This document shows positions 10,589 to 20,157 of a DNA stretch of 64,000 nucleotides, piece after piece. Made by a program: the position numbers and the translations under genes. Numbering within the stretch: position 1 is the first letter of the stretch; every line of letters begins with the position of its first letter. The DNA is taken from positions 704,001 through 768,000 of the forward strand of contig CBDCTZ010000013.1 in NCBI GenBank assembly GCA_965222375.1. Reading direction: 5' to 3'. This DNA comes from Polyangiaceae bacterium. GTDB taxonomy: Bacteria > Myxococcota_A > Polyangia > Polyangiales > Polyangiaceae. The notes beneath the pieces are model-generated. The model was not told where the DNA came from. It saw nothing but the letters and a program-made list of their open reading frames with translations, and did no database searches.

Positions 10589-11809
10589 TTGCATGCTATC
10601 TTGTGCGGGATGTCTTCACGCAGCTTCATGTTCGTCGGCCTGGTTGGGCTCGTGGCATGCAGCAACGTGCTCGGCTACGACGACCTGAGCTTCGACGACT
10701 CGGCGGGAGCTGACGCGGGCGCATCCGGGGGCAGCTCGGGCAGTGGCGGGGGCGCCCTCGGGGGTAGCGCTGGACTTGCGGGCGCAACCGCAACCGGGGG
10801 CAGCGCGGGCAGTGGCAGCGGTGGAGCACCTGGCAGTGGCGGCGCCACGAGTGGTGGAGGGCCCGGCAGTGGCGGCGCCACGAGTGGTGGAGGACCCGGC
10901 GGCGGCGGCGCCGCAAGCGGTGGCGCGCCAGCGGGCGGCGCGACGGGTTCGGGCGGCGGAGTGAGCACCGGCGGTTTGTCGGCAACCGGCGGGCAGGGCG
11001 GCGGCACGAGCGTCGCAGCAATTTGCTCCCGTTGGAAGAGCGACCGTCAGAACTTGGCGGAGGGCACCTGGACGGGTTCCGTCAGCAGTTGCGTTGCCGG
11101 CGACGTCACCGGCGACGGGCGCGCCAACGCGCTCAAGTTGGTCAATTTGTATCGTTGGCTCTGCGGCCTGCCCGCCGTGGGCACCGACGCCAACAAGGAC
11201 AGCAGCGCCCAAGCTTGCGCGCTGATCATGGACGCCAACAACAAGCTATCCCACTCGCCTCCCTCCACCTGGGCATGTCACTCCGCTTCGGGTGCCGCTG
11301 CCGCCGGCAAGAGCAACATTGCGTCCACCGCAGGCGTGAAGGCCGTGGACCTGTACATCGCAGATCCCGGAAACGAGACCACGATGGGTCATCGGCGATG
11401 GATCCTGAACAACAAGCTGGGCCCGATTGGGCTAGGAAGCACCAGCAGCTACTCTTGCATGCACGTGATTGGCGGCAGCGGCTACGGCAACAACGTTTGG
11501 ACGGCGTTCCCACCGCCGGGTCCCGTTCCCGCAGGGCTCTTCACTGCGTCCTATGCATCCGTCGACTCGACGGGGTGGACCATCCAGAGCGAGAGTATCA
11601 ATCTCGCCTCTGCGAAGGTCACCATCACCGAAGGGGGCCAGAACAAGCCCGTAACCGTCGCGACGCTGCAGAGCGGCTACGGCAGCAAGTACGCCATCGT
11701 GATCAGGCCGCAAGGCTGGACCAGTACGGCCGGCAAGACCTACAAGGTGTCCGTCACGGGCATTAGCCAACCCATCAATTACGACGTCCAAGTCGTAAGC
11801 TGCAATTAG
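10589..11809 (+). CDS. Lipoprotein with Gly-rich linker and CAP/SCP-like domain
   Basis: Lipobox LVAC; long Gly/Ser linker; NLYRWLCGLP, LSH, MGHRRWIL motifs. Start may be 10610. Confidence 0.8.
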   Translation: MHAILCGMSSRSFMFVGLVGLVACSNVLGYDDLSFDDSAGADAGASGGSSGSGGGALGGSAGLAGATATGGSAGSGSGGAPGSGGATSGGGPGSGGATSGGGPGGGGAASGGAPAGGATGSGGGVSTGGLSATGGQGGGTSVAAICSRWKSDRQNLAEGTWTGSVSSCVAGDVTGDGRANALKLVNLYRWLCGLPAVGTDANKDSSAQACALIMDANNKLSHSPPSTWACHSASGAAAAGKSNIASTAGVKAVDLYIADPGNETTMGHRRWILNNKLGPIGLGSTSSYSCMHVIGGSGYGNNVWTAFPPPGPVPAGLFTASYASVDSTGWTIQSESINLASAKVTITEGGQNKPVTVATLQSGYGSKYAIVIRPQGWTSTAGKTYKVSVTGISQPINYDVQVVSCN

Positions 11810-11843
11810 TTGCATCGGATTCTGTCGAATCGATGCAACTAAT
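11805..11843. terminator. Long hairpin at the CAP gene stop codon (possible terminator; overlaps repeat copy 1)
   Basis: attagttgcatcg(g)attc-tgtc-gaatcgatgcaactaat, a 17-bp stem with one bulge; no U-tract. Confidence 0.45.
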
Positions 11844-12046
11844 CCCGCTTGTCGGAAGCACAGCTCCCGCCCCGCTGACGTGAAGTACGCGCTTGTGACG
11901 CGCTTCGTGATACCCGACGGGGTAATACCCGACGGGGTGCAGCGGGGCCCCACCCTCTGGTTTCGGGGCCCCAACCCCGAAACTGATCGGTTCAACAGAA
12001 TCGATGAGACAAGCCCTCCTTCTCGGGAGCACAGCTCCCGCCCCGC
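11827..12046 (+). repeat. Two diverged 49-nt direct repeats (11827-11875 and 11998-12046) upstream of amtB
   Basis: Ungapped alignment with 40/49 identical positions, including gaatcgatg and agcacagctcccgccccgc. Confidence 0.85.
11903..11980. repeat. REP-like dispersed GC-rich repeat with twin taccc-gacg-gggt hairpins
   Basis: cttcgtgatacccgacgggg (11903-11922) matches 31280-31299 at 19/20 positions. Confidence 0.6.
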
Positions 12047-12322
12047 GGAAATGCAAGCGGAGGAGTGGTCGCGAAATGGTTTTTGGGGGATGTGCCGGAG
12101 GCTGTCGTCATCGACAGTTCATCGCGGTCCGAGCTCAGGCGCCGAAACGCAATCGGGTCGACCTGCGCTGCGCTTCTGCCGCCTCGGTCCCCTTGGCGAC
12201 CACCCATCGGCCGGGTGCGGAAACATCCTACCTGTCTGACGCGATGCGTTGTTCGGAAAGGCTTCCGAAATCTGTGTGAAACAAAGGCCTGCGAGGTTTC
12301 CGGCGAAGGAGACCACTGCCGC

Positions 12323-13762
12323 ATGAGAAACCTCGTCCGCTCCGCCTCGTTCCTGTCGGTGTTTGCTGCACCCGCCGTCGCTCTGGCAGAGGAAGCAACC
12401 TCGCCCCCCGTGGCCGCGCAAACCACCGTCGATACAGTGTGGGTCCTGCTGTGCGCCTTCTTGGTCTTCTTCATGCATGCGGGCTTCGCTCTGCTCGAGA
12501 GCGGGCTGATTCGGAAGAAGAACGTGGTCAACGTTCTGGCCAAGAACTTCATGATCGTCGCGGGCACCTGCCTGGTCTTTTATGCCTGTGGCTTCGCGTT
12601 CATGTTTGGCAACGGCAACGCCGTCATCGGCACGACTGGCTTCTTCGTGCCCAACGACGCAGGCGTATTCGAGTCCCTGTCGTGGACCTCAGTTCCGGTC
12701 AGTGTAAAGTTCTTTTTCCAGATGGTGTTCGCTGCGACCGCCGCCACGATCGTGTCCGGCGCCGTCGCGGAGCGGATTCACTACTCGGCCTTCATCATAT
12801 TCGGCTTGCTCATGGGAGCAGTGATTTACCCTGTCGCAGGGCATTGGATTTGGGGCGGCGGCTTCTTGGCGGAGGCCGGCTTCCTGGACTTTGCGGGTTC
12901 GACGGTGGTGCATTCCGTCGGCGGCTGGGCCGCCCTCGTTGGCGTTTGGATGTTGGGCCCACGCCAGGGCAAATACGCCAAAGACGGCACATTGAAGCCG
13001 ATTCCGGGCCACAACATGTCCAGCGCCGCGCTGGGCACGTTCGTGTTGTGGCTGGGTTGGTTCGGCTTCAACGCAGGTTCGACCATGGCGGCAGATCCCA
13101 ACGCGATCGGACACATCGTGCTCGTCACGACGCTTGCCGCCTCCGCAGCAGCCATCGCGGCGACCTTCTACACTTGGTGGCGCGTCGGCAAACCCGATCT
13201 GGGTCTCACCCTGAACGGGGCCCTCGCGGGTCTGGTCGGCATCACCGCGCCCTGCGCCTTCGTCGGTGGCGCGTACTCGCTAGTGATTGGCTTGGTTGCC
13301 GGCGTTCTGGTGGTAGAGGGCGTCATCCTCTTCGACAGGAAGCGCATCGACGACCCCGTGGGCGCCACCAGCGTTCATCTTCTGTGCGGCACCTTCGGAA
13401 CGCTCGCAGTAGGCCTCTTCGCCGACCCGGCCATCGCAAAGTCCGTGGCCGGGGTGGAGCTCAAGAGCGCCGGGCTGCTCCTCGGTGGCGGCAGCGCGCA
13501 ACTATTGGCGCAGATCTTCGGCGTGGTCGCCGTGGGCGCATTCACGTTGGTCGTTTCCGGCATTGCTTGGAGCGCGCTGCGCGCCGTGACCGGACTCAGG
13601 GTCAACGAAGAGGATGAGCATCTGGGTCTGGACCTGGCCGAGATGGGCATGGAGGCCTACCCGGATGAAATGGCGCGCGGTTGGGCACTTCCCGGCGATT
13701 CCTTGGCGCCCCAGCGACAAAACGCCGTAGCCTTGGAAGCCGCCGAAGAGCCTGGCTCCTGA
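12323..13762 (+). CDS. amtB: Ammonium transporter (Amt family)
   Basis: RBS aaggag then ATG 12323; FFQMVFA, SGAVAER, DFAGSTVVH, WFGFNAGS, NGALAGLVGIT, DDPVGA-SVH. Confidence 0.95.
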   Translation: MRNLVRSASFLSVFAAPAVALAEEATSPPVAAQTTVDTVWVLLCAFLVFFMHAGFALLESGLIRKKNVVNVLAKNFMIVAGTCLVFYACGFAFMFGNGNAVIGTTGFFVPNDAGVFESLSWTSVPVSVKFFFQMVFAATAATIVSGAVAERIHYSAFIIFGLLMGAVIYPVAGHWIWGGGFLAEAGFLDFAGSTVVHSVGGWAALVGVWMLGPRQGKYAKDGTLKPIPGHNMSSAALGTFVLWLGWFGFNAGSTMAADPNAIGHIVLVTTLAASAAAIAATFYTWWRVGKPDLGLTLNGALAGLVGITAPCAFVGGAYSLVIGLVAGVLVVEGVILFDRKRIDDPVGATSVHLLCGTFGTLAVGLFADPAIAKSVAGVELKSAGLLLGGGSAQLLAQIFGVVAVGAFTLVVSGIAWSALRAVTGLRVNEEDEHLGLDLAEMGMEAYPDEMARGWALPGDSLAPQRQNAVALEAAEEPGS

Positions 13763-13918
13763 TTTTGCGGGGCTTTTGGCACTACAGGCGCGAGTTTCTC
13801 CAGCCTCTCGCTTGCACCCGCTATTTGGGGCAAACTAACCTGTACAAGTGGCACGGGGATCCGCCCGTGCCGTGGACCGCGCGAGGACGCCTCGAACCCG
13901 AGTAATACCGGAAAAACG

Positions 13919-15547
13919 CTGGGGAAATACCGGCTCCTAGCCCGCCTGGGTCAAGGTGGCATGGCGGAGGTGTATCTAGCTGTCGTTGCAGGTCCAGGCG
14001 GCTTCAACAAGCTGCAAGTCGTCAAAGTGATGAAGCCGGAGCTGCTAGAAGAGCCCGAGCATCGCACGATGTTTTTGGATGAGGGTCGCCTGGCGGCGCG
14101 CCTGAACCATCCTAACATCGTTCAGACCAATGAGGTGCAGATCGAGGGCGACAACCACTTCATCGCTATGGAGTACCTCGATGGGCAGCCGCTACACCGC
14201 ATTGTGCGGCGCTCCAAGAAGGCCGGTGAGGGACCGCCGATCCAGTGGCACCTGCATATCTTCTGCGAGGTCCTGAGCGCACTGGAATACGCCCATACGG
14301 TTACCAACTATGACGGGTCGCCCCTCGCCGTCGTGCACCGGGACGTAACGCCGCACAACGTCTTCGTGACCTACGCCGGCCAAATCAAGCTCTGCGACTT
14401 TGGCATCGCCAAAACCATGAGTTCGTCGATCGAGACGCGGCATGGTGTGTTGAAAGGCAAAGTCAGCTACATGGCGCCAGAGCAGGTCCTCAGTACCCGA
14501 GTGGACCGACGCGCGGACTTGTTTGCTGTTGGGATCATGCTCTGGGAGGCAGTCACCGGGCAGCGTATGTGGCACGACCAGTCGGACCTGCAAATCATGC
14601 AGGCCCTGAGTCAAGGTCAGGTACCAAAGGCTGCGGACGTCAACCCCTCCGTAGACGCCGAAATGGAGCGGATCCTCGACCGCGCCCTGGCAGTGGACCC
14701 GGCGGGTCGCTATGCCACGGCATCGGAGTTCAAGAAGGAGCTGGAAAACTACCTCTTCAGCCAGACGGCGCGCATTCGACCAGACGCCATTGGCAGCTGG
14801 ATAAGCGGGCTCTTCGAGCAGGAGCGATCCAACCTCCAGCGCGTGATCCAGGATCAACTCAGCGGATCGAGCAGTGCACCCCCGCTACTCGATCCCCCAC
14901 GTCCGGCAGCCGCAGATAGCAGCCCGTCGCGCTCGGGCCTCGCAGGTAGCGCGCAACCCGGACGCTCACTCACCATCCCCTCCGTCGAAGTCAGCGGGCC
15001 GGCGCGCAAGCCCAAGCGCTCCCGAGGGACCCTCGCGGCCCTGGTCGGCGCCCTCGCCGCGAGCGTCGTCTTCCTGCTCGGCATCGTAATCGTTCTGACC
15101 CTTCGGGCGCGCAACGCAGAGCCCACGATCACCGGCGTCGAGCAGGTTAGTGGAGCCACCGGACTTGCTCCGACCCCGCCGCCACCTGAAACCAAGCCTA
15201 TCGAAGACAAGCCGAAGAAGATCAAGATGTTTGTGAGCGTGACCCCAGCGGACGCCACCTTGACCTTGGACGGCAAGAAGCTGAGCGAAAACCCGTGGAA
15301 GTCCGACCTCGAGGTAGACGACGAGGAACACGAATTGGTGATCTCAGCCGAAGGTTATGAAAGCCAGACTCGCAAGTTGCAGTTCGACATCACGCAGCGC
15401 ATTGAAATCACCCTCAAGAAGTCCAAGCCCAAAGTGGCAACGCGCGTCTACGTCGCGCCCAAAAAGAAGCCCGAGGAAAAGAAGACGCCGGAGTCACCCC
15501 CAAAGAAGCCCCCAGGCAAAGCCCTCGACCCCGACGACCCATGGTGA
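13919..15547 (+). CDS. Hanks-type Ser/Thr protein kinase with TM segment and PEGA-like C-terminus
   Basis: GKYRLLARLGQGGMAEVY, HRDVTPHN, DFG, YMAPE. The Gly-rich loop lies upstream of the first ATG, so the start is probably the CTG at 13919 (inferred). Confidence 0.88.
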   Translation: MGKYRLLARLGQGGMAEVYLAVVAGPGGFNKLQVVKVMKPELLEEPEHRTMFLDEGRLAARLNHPNIVQTNEVQIEGDNHFIAMEYLDGQPLHRIVRRSKKAGEGPPIQWHLHIFCEVLSALEYAHTVTNYDGSPLAVVHRDVTPHNVFVTYAGQIKLCDFGIAKTMSSSIETRHGVLKGKVSYMAPEQVLSTRVDRRADLFAVGIMLWEAVTGQRMWHDQSDLQIMQALSQGQVPKAADVNPSVDAEMERILDRALAVDPAGRYATASEFKKELENYLFSQTARIRPDAIGSWISGLFEQERSNLQRVIQDQLSGSSSAPPLLDPPRPAAADSSPSRSGLAGSAQPGRSLTIPSVEVSGPARKPKRSRGTLAALVGALAASVVFLLGIVIVLTLRARNAEPTITGVEQVSGATGLAPTPPPPETKPIEDKPKKIKMFVSVTPADATLTLDGKKLSENPWKSDLEVDDEEHELVISAEGYESQTRKLQFDITQRIEITLKKSKPKVATRVYVAPKKKPEEKKTPESPPKKPPGKALDPDDPW

Positions 15548-16521
15548 AGAAACGACTCTGCTTTGTCGTCTTGGCAGCGATCTGCCTGAGCTCCTCGCCC
15601 GGGCTCGCCGCGGGCCCAACCGCTGCGGAGGTCGCCAAGGCCAGGCCCCACTACAAGCGTGGTGTGGCTCTGTACCAGGACGGAGCCTTCGACGCCGCCC
15701 TGGTGGAGTTGGAGAAGGCCTATGCCATCGCCCCGTCCTACAAGATTCTGTACAACGTGGGGCTGGTCTACGTGCAGCTCAACGATTTCGCCGGTGCCCT
15801 CAAAGCCTACCGTCAGTACCTGGAAGAAGGCGGAAAGAAGATCGACGGAAAGCGACGAGCAGAAGTCGAGAAGGACATCCGGAAGATGGAGCTCCGGGTG
15901 GGGACCGTCACGCTGAAGGTCAGCGTGGACGGGGCGGACGTGTTGGTCGATGACGAAGTAGTCGCCAAGTCGCCACTATCCGAGCCACTGATCGTGAACG
16001 CCGGCAAACGCAAGATCGCAGCCTCGAAGCCTGGCCACACACCCATGGCTCGGGTTCTCGTGATTGTGGGTGGGGACGAAAAGGACCTCAAGCTAGACCT
16101 GCGCTCCCTGACGGAAAGTTCCAAGAAGAAGCCCGACGACAAGCCGGACAAGCCGAAGAAGCCCGCCAAAGTGGAGGAACCAGGAGCGCCGGTGCCTTGG
16201 TTGTGGTGGGGCATCACGGGGGCGCTCGCCGCGGGGACCACCGTTGCCGGGGTGTTGACGCTGTCGTCCCAGAGCGACCTCGACGACAAGAAGAATGCGC
16301 CCTCTAGCGGCGACGATCTGCAGAGCAGCGCGGACAAGACTCGCACCCTAGCCATCGTGACCGACGTGCTGCTGGCAGGCACCGTCATCGTCGGTGGATA
16401 CGCGACCTACAAGACGTTCATTTCTCCCGACGAGCCGGAGAAAGACTCTGCCAGCGCCCGGCGTCCTCCGGTCGACGTGCAGCTGGGGCCGCGCAGCGTC
16501 TACCTGACCGGAAGCTTCTAG
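15541..16521 (+). CDS. TPR/PEGA domain-containing secreted or membrane protein
   Basis: Signal peptide, TPR-like helices, PEGA-like GADVLVDD segment, two C-terminal TM segments. Confidence 0.8.
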   Translation: MVKKRLCFVVLAAICLSSSPGLAAGPTAAEVAKARPHYKRGVALYQDGAFDAALVELEKAYAIAPSYKILYNVGLVYVQLNDFAGALKAYRQYLEEGGKKIDGKRRAEVEKDIRKMELRVGTVTLKVSVDGADVLVDDEVVAKSPLSEPLIVNAGKRKIAASKPGHTPMARVLVIVGGDEKDLKLDLRSLTESSKKKPDDKPDKPKKPAKVEEPGAPVPWLWWGITGALAAGTTVAGVLTLSSQSDLDDKKNAPSSGDDLQSSADKTRTLAIVTDVLLAGTVIVGGYATYKTFISPDEPEKDSASARRPPVDVQLGPRSVYLTGSF

Positions 16522-18278
16522 CCGCCGGTGCCGCCAGCGCCCGCACTCCCACCGGTACCACCGCCCACGCCGCCCGCCCCCGGCGCGCCGACCAAGCCGG
16601 TGCAGTTGGATCGCTTTCCGGTCACTGCGTTCTGAACAGCATCGTAGAACTGCCCCGAGTCCCGGAACTCCGCCTTCGAGTTGGCATTGAGCCCCGTGCA
16701 CCAGACGACGATATCCGCCGGTGCCTCCCCGGTGGACACGTCGAAGTCCAGAGGCCCGGAGATCCCATCGTAGTCGATACTCTTCTTCTCCAGGAGCAGC
16801 TTGAGCGCCAGGTTGATACCCGTCGTGCCTCCTGTGACTTTCGTACCACCCACCATCTTCTTGAGACCGTCATTGAACTTCGGCCCGGTCATTATCGGCT
16901 CGTTGATGGCAACGATGGAATAGGCCAGCAAGTAGGCAGCGTCGTAGGCCGTGTCGGCAAACGACCCGGGCGCCTTTTGATTGTGAAAGCCCTTGAACTC
17001 GGATTCGAACTGGGCGAAGAACTTCGTGGCTCTGCCTGGCAAGGTACCCACAACCCGCTGGCTGAAAGCGTTGTTCGCAGTAACCAACTTGAGCAGCTCG
17101 TTATCTCGGCCACCGTCACCCACGATGTAGACCGGTTTGTTGACCCCCGTGGAACCCATTTCCACCCCTGAAACCACCTTCGTGATGCTCTCCGTGGTGC
17201 CAAACGCCAGGACAATGTCCGGCGGGTCCGGGGCGAACTCGGCAAGAATGGGCTGGACGACCCCCTTGTCGAAGTCAAAGTTTGGTTGCTCTGCGGGGTC
17301 CGGGTAATCCACACGGACGAAGAAGGTGGAGTTGGACGTGTCGAGCGCCGGTTTGCCGTTGAACTTGACTCGCTCGAGAACCGCCGTAGTGAGTCCGAGA
17401 CCATAGGGGTCGCTCTTCACGGCAACAGCAACCCGAATTGGATCATTGAGGGAGAGGCTGCGGGCGGAACGAATATTGGTTTCCACATCCGTAACCAGCT
17501 GAGCCAGAGGCACCGCCTGCAACGCGTCGCTCGGGGCCGTGCGCCAAACCAAGCCGTTGTCCTTGAGATCCGTGATCGCCGTACTGGTCGCGGACGGCGA
17601 AATCAGCAACGCCTTTCCACTAACTGACACTTTGGTGGCCACTTCCAAGGTCACACCGCTGAACGCCGGACCGATGATGGCGGGCACCCTCAGCGTCTTG
17701 ACCAGGTGGCTGGCGGCACGCACCGCCCCAGAGTCCTGCCCCCCTGGGGTCTCGGCAAGGTCGTGACAGGCTACGAAGGCCACGCGGCGCCGGTTGATCC
17801 CATCCGGCAGTGGCAGGCCCTTCGCAAAGGTATCCAGCTGGTTGACAGCAAGCTGAACGCCCTCCCAGGGCGGAAGCCCATTGCCGACGAACTCTCCCTC
17901 GAGAGGTCCCATGTAGCCGAGAACGACAGTGCCGTCCTCGGCCACCGCATCCTCCGGGAACACATCCTTGCAATCCTGCGACTTGAGGGCCACACACACT
18001 CGATCCGGCTGCCTGCAGATGGCCAGCTTGCCCTCGAACCGGTCGATGCACTCCTGATTCGTGTCGCAATCCCCGCCGAGAGTGCAGATCTTGTCCGGGC
18101 CGCACACGGAGCCCGCGAAAGCAGCGCCCTTGGCCACGCAGTCGTCCGTGGTCTGGCACTGTTCGACGTCCGTATCCACGATGGCGTTGCACGACGCCGA
18201 AGACAGCACAGCTGGCAGCGTGAGCCACACTGCCCGGATAAGCCGAAAACCCCTCAAGCGTGTCTTCACAAGACCCAA
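16518..18278 (-). CDS. Lipoprotein with Cys-rich N-terminus and a type I periplasmic-binding (LivJ-like) domain
   Basis: AIIGPAFSG, ISPSATS, WRTAPSD, YDAAYLLAY, YDGISGPLDFD. Confidence 0.8.
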   Translation of the reverse strand: MGLVKTRLRGFRLIRAVWLTLPAVLSSASCNAIVDTDVEQCQTTDDCVAKGAAFAGSVCGPDKICTLGGDCDTNQECIDRFEGKLAICRQPDRVCVALKSQDCKDVFPEDAVAEDGTVVLGYMGPLEGEFVGNGLPPWEGVQLAVNQLDTFAKGLPLPDGINRRRVAFVACHDLAETPGGQDSGAVRAASHLVKTLRVPAIIGPAFSGVTLEVATKVSVSGKALLISPSATSTAITDLKDNGLVWRTAPSDALQAVPLAQLVTDVETNIRSARSLSLNDPIRVAVAVKSDPYGLGLTTAVLERVKFNGKPALDTSNSTFFVRVDYPDPAEQPNFDFDKGVVQPILAEFAPDPPDIVLAFGTTESITKVVSGVEMGSTGVNKPVYIVGDGGRDNELLKLVTANNAFSQRVVGTLPGRATKFFAQFESEFKGFHNQKAPGSFADTAYDAAYLLAYSIVAINEPIMTGPKFNDGLKKMVGGTKVTGGTTGINLALKLLLEKKSIDYDGISGPLDFDVSTGEAPADIVVWCTGLNANSKAEFRDSGQFYDAVQNAVTGKRSNCTGLVGAPGAGGVGGGTGGSAGAGGTGG

Positions 18279-18461
18279 GTCGTGAAGCTACCGCGGCCAA
18301 GACGGAAGTGCCAATCCCAAGGCGCTGGATTTTCGGCGAATGGCCCAAAAACCAGCTCGAACCCTGCGTTGGCGTACGGGTCCCGGCAGTCGTCATGGGG
18401 CCAGTGGTGACCACCGGGTCGCGATGCTAATGGGCAAGTAGACTCGGCGTCGGAGGAAGGC

Positions 18462-20141
18462 ATGGACAATATCGCGCGCGGCCGGCAGGACCTTCTGGAC
18501 TGGGAGAACGACAAGCCTGGCAACTACTTCACATGGGACGAAAACCTGGGCCGCATGCTGGCAACCCGCATCGGCAAGGAGCAACTAGCCGAGGAGCGTC
18601 CGCGTTTGGAGCGTGCCGGAGAGATGGTGGCAACGCAGCTGCGGCATCTAGCCGTGGACACGAATCACGACGCCAACCTGCCCCGGCTGGAGCGCTTCGA
18701 CGGCCTGGGCGTGCGCCGAGAGCAAGTGGTGTTTCACCCGAGCTACCACGAAGCAGGCCGGCTGATCTGGGACACCGGCGTGCTCGCGGACTACGCCACC
18801 CCTGGCAAAGAAGTGGTGCAGATGTCGCTGCTGTACATGTTCGCCCAGGTGGGAGAGTACGGCCATCAATGCCCACTGGCGTGCACGGCCGGGCTGATCA
18901 AGCTGATCCAACGAGTCGGCTCTGAAGAGCAGAAGACGAGGTATCTACCCGCGCTACTCAACCGGGACTACGAAAAGCGGCTGCACGCTTCCCAGTTCCT
19001 GACGGAGGTCCAGGGCGGCTCGGACGTGGGCAGCAACGCCGTCGTTGCCCGTCGCGACGGCGACCACTGGCGCCTCCATGGCGAAAAGTGGTTTTGCAGC
19101 GTCATTGACGCCCAGGCCTTCTTGATGACCGCGCGCCCCGAGGGCGCGCAGGATGGAACCAAGGGCCTTGGTCTGTTCATCGTGCCGAGGGAGGTGGACG
19201 GTCAGGTCAACAACTTCTTCGTGCGCCGCTTGAAGCAGAAGCTGGGCACGCGCGCGATGGCATCCGGGGAAGCCGATTTCGAGGGCGCCCGCGCCGAGGC
19301 GATTGGCGACGTGGAGCGCGGTTTCAAGAACGTGGTCGAGATCGTGCTCAACACGTCTCGGATCTACAACGCGATCTGTTGCGCCGGCGGCATGATGGCA
19401 TCGTATCGAGAAGCGCGCACCTTCGCCATGCGCCGGCGTGCGTTTGGCAAGAGCATCTCGGAGTACCCGCTTGTGCAGGAGTCCCTCGCAGGGCTTCGAG
19501 CCGAAGCCCTCGGCGCAGCAGCGAGCAGCTTCCGTCTGGCAGCGGAGGCCGATCGCCTCGATGCCAAGGGTGGCAGCGATGAAGAAAAGCTGGCTTGGCG
19601 CGTGGGCGTGAACGTCAACAAGTACTTTACCGCGATTCGCAACACTCAGAGCGCTCGCACGGCGGTGGAGGTCCTTGGTGGCAACGGCACCATCGAAACC
19701 TTCTCGCCTTTGGTTCAATTGTACCGCGACGCTCTCGTGCTCGAGAGCTGGGAGGGCACGCACAACGTGTTGGTGCAGCAGGTGCTGAAAGATGCAGCGC
19801 GCTACGGTGCACACCTGGCGTTCCTGAAGGACCTGACGCAGAGCCTGGGCCAGCTGAAACTCAGGGATGACGCCGAAGCCTTGGTCGAGCGGACAGGTCA
19901 GGGCATTGCGGCGCTTTCGAAAGGTTTCGAACGCTTGGCCGCCGGCGAGGGCGATCAGCGCTTCGGGCGGCGACTCGTGGATCAGGCGGCCGTATTGCTG
20001 CAGAGCGTGGCGCTACTCGAAGAGCTGAACGTGGACCCGGCAGACTCCGTGAAGGGCGCTGCCGTGGCTCACCTTCTGCAACATTTCGTGCGCTCGGAGC
20101 TCACACCACCCCCGAGCATCGCGCCAGCGTTGCTTTCTTGA
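18462..20141 (+). CDS. Acyl-CoA dehydrogenase, AidB-like
   Basis: TEVQGGSDV, GEKWFCS, LKQKLGTR, RRAFGK, SWEGTHNV; RBS ggaggaagg. Confidence 0.9.
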   Translation: MDNIARGRQDLLDWENDKPGNYFTWDENLGRMLATRIGKEQLAEERPRLERAGEMVATQLRHLAVDTNHDANLPRLERFDGLGVRREQVVFHPSYHEAGRLIWDTGVLADYATPGKEVVQMSLLYMFAQVGEYGHQCPLACTAGLIKLIQRVGSEEQKTRYLPALLNRDYEKRLHASQFLTEVQGGSDVGSNAVVARRDGDHWRLHGEKWFCSVIDAQAFLMTARPEGAQDGTKGLGLFIVPREVDGQVNNFFVRRLKQKLGTRAMASGEADFEGARAEAIGDVERGFKNVVEIVLNTSRIYNAICCAGGMMASYREARTFAMRRRAFGKSISEYPLVQESLAGLRAEALGAAASSFRLAAEADRLDAKGGSDEEKLAWRVGVNVNKYFTAIRNTQSARTAVEVLGGNGTIETFSPLVQLYRDALVLESWEGTHNVLVQQVLKDAARYGAHLAFLKDLTQSLGQLKLRDDAEALVERTGQGIAALSKGFERLAAGEGDQRFGRRLVDQAAVLLQSVALLEELNVDPADSVKGAAVAHLLQHFVRSELTPPPSIAPALLS

Positions 20142-20157
20142 GCGCAGCTCGATCGAG

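Noticed and set aside
10829..10900. 33-bp tandem repeat in the CAP lipoprotein gene
   Set aside because: In-frame expansion of a Gly-rich linker (PGSGGATSGGG); ordinary low-complexity coding sequence.
11911..11939. Twin hairpins resembling a guanidine-II (mini-ykkC) riboswitch
   Set aside because: The loops are GACG closed by C-G, not ACGR closed by G-C. The same motif recurs singly at 31280 as part of a dispersed repeat.
13777..13791. Sigma-54 promoter upstream of the kinase gene
   Set aside because: TGGCAC has GG-N10-GC spacing, but the -12 element is GCGC rather than TTGC; too weak to call.
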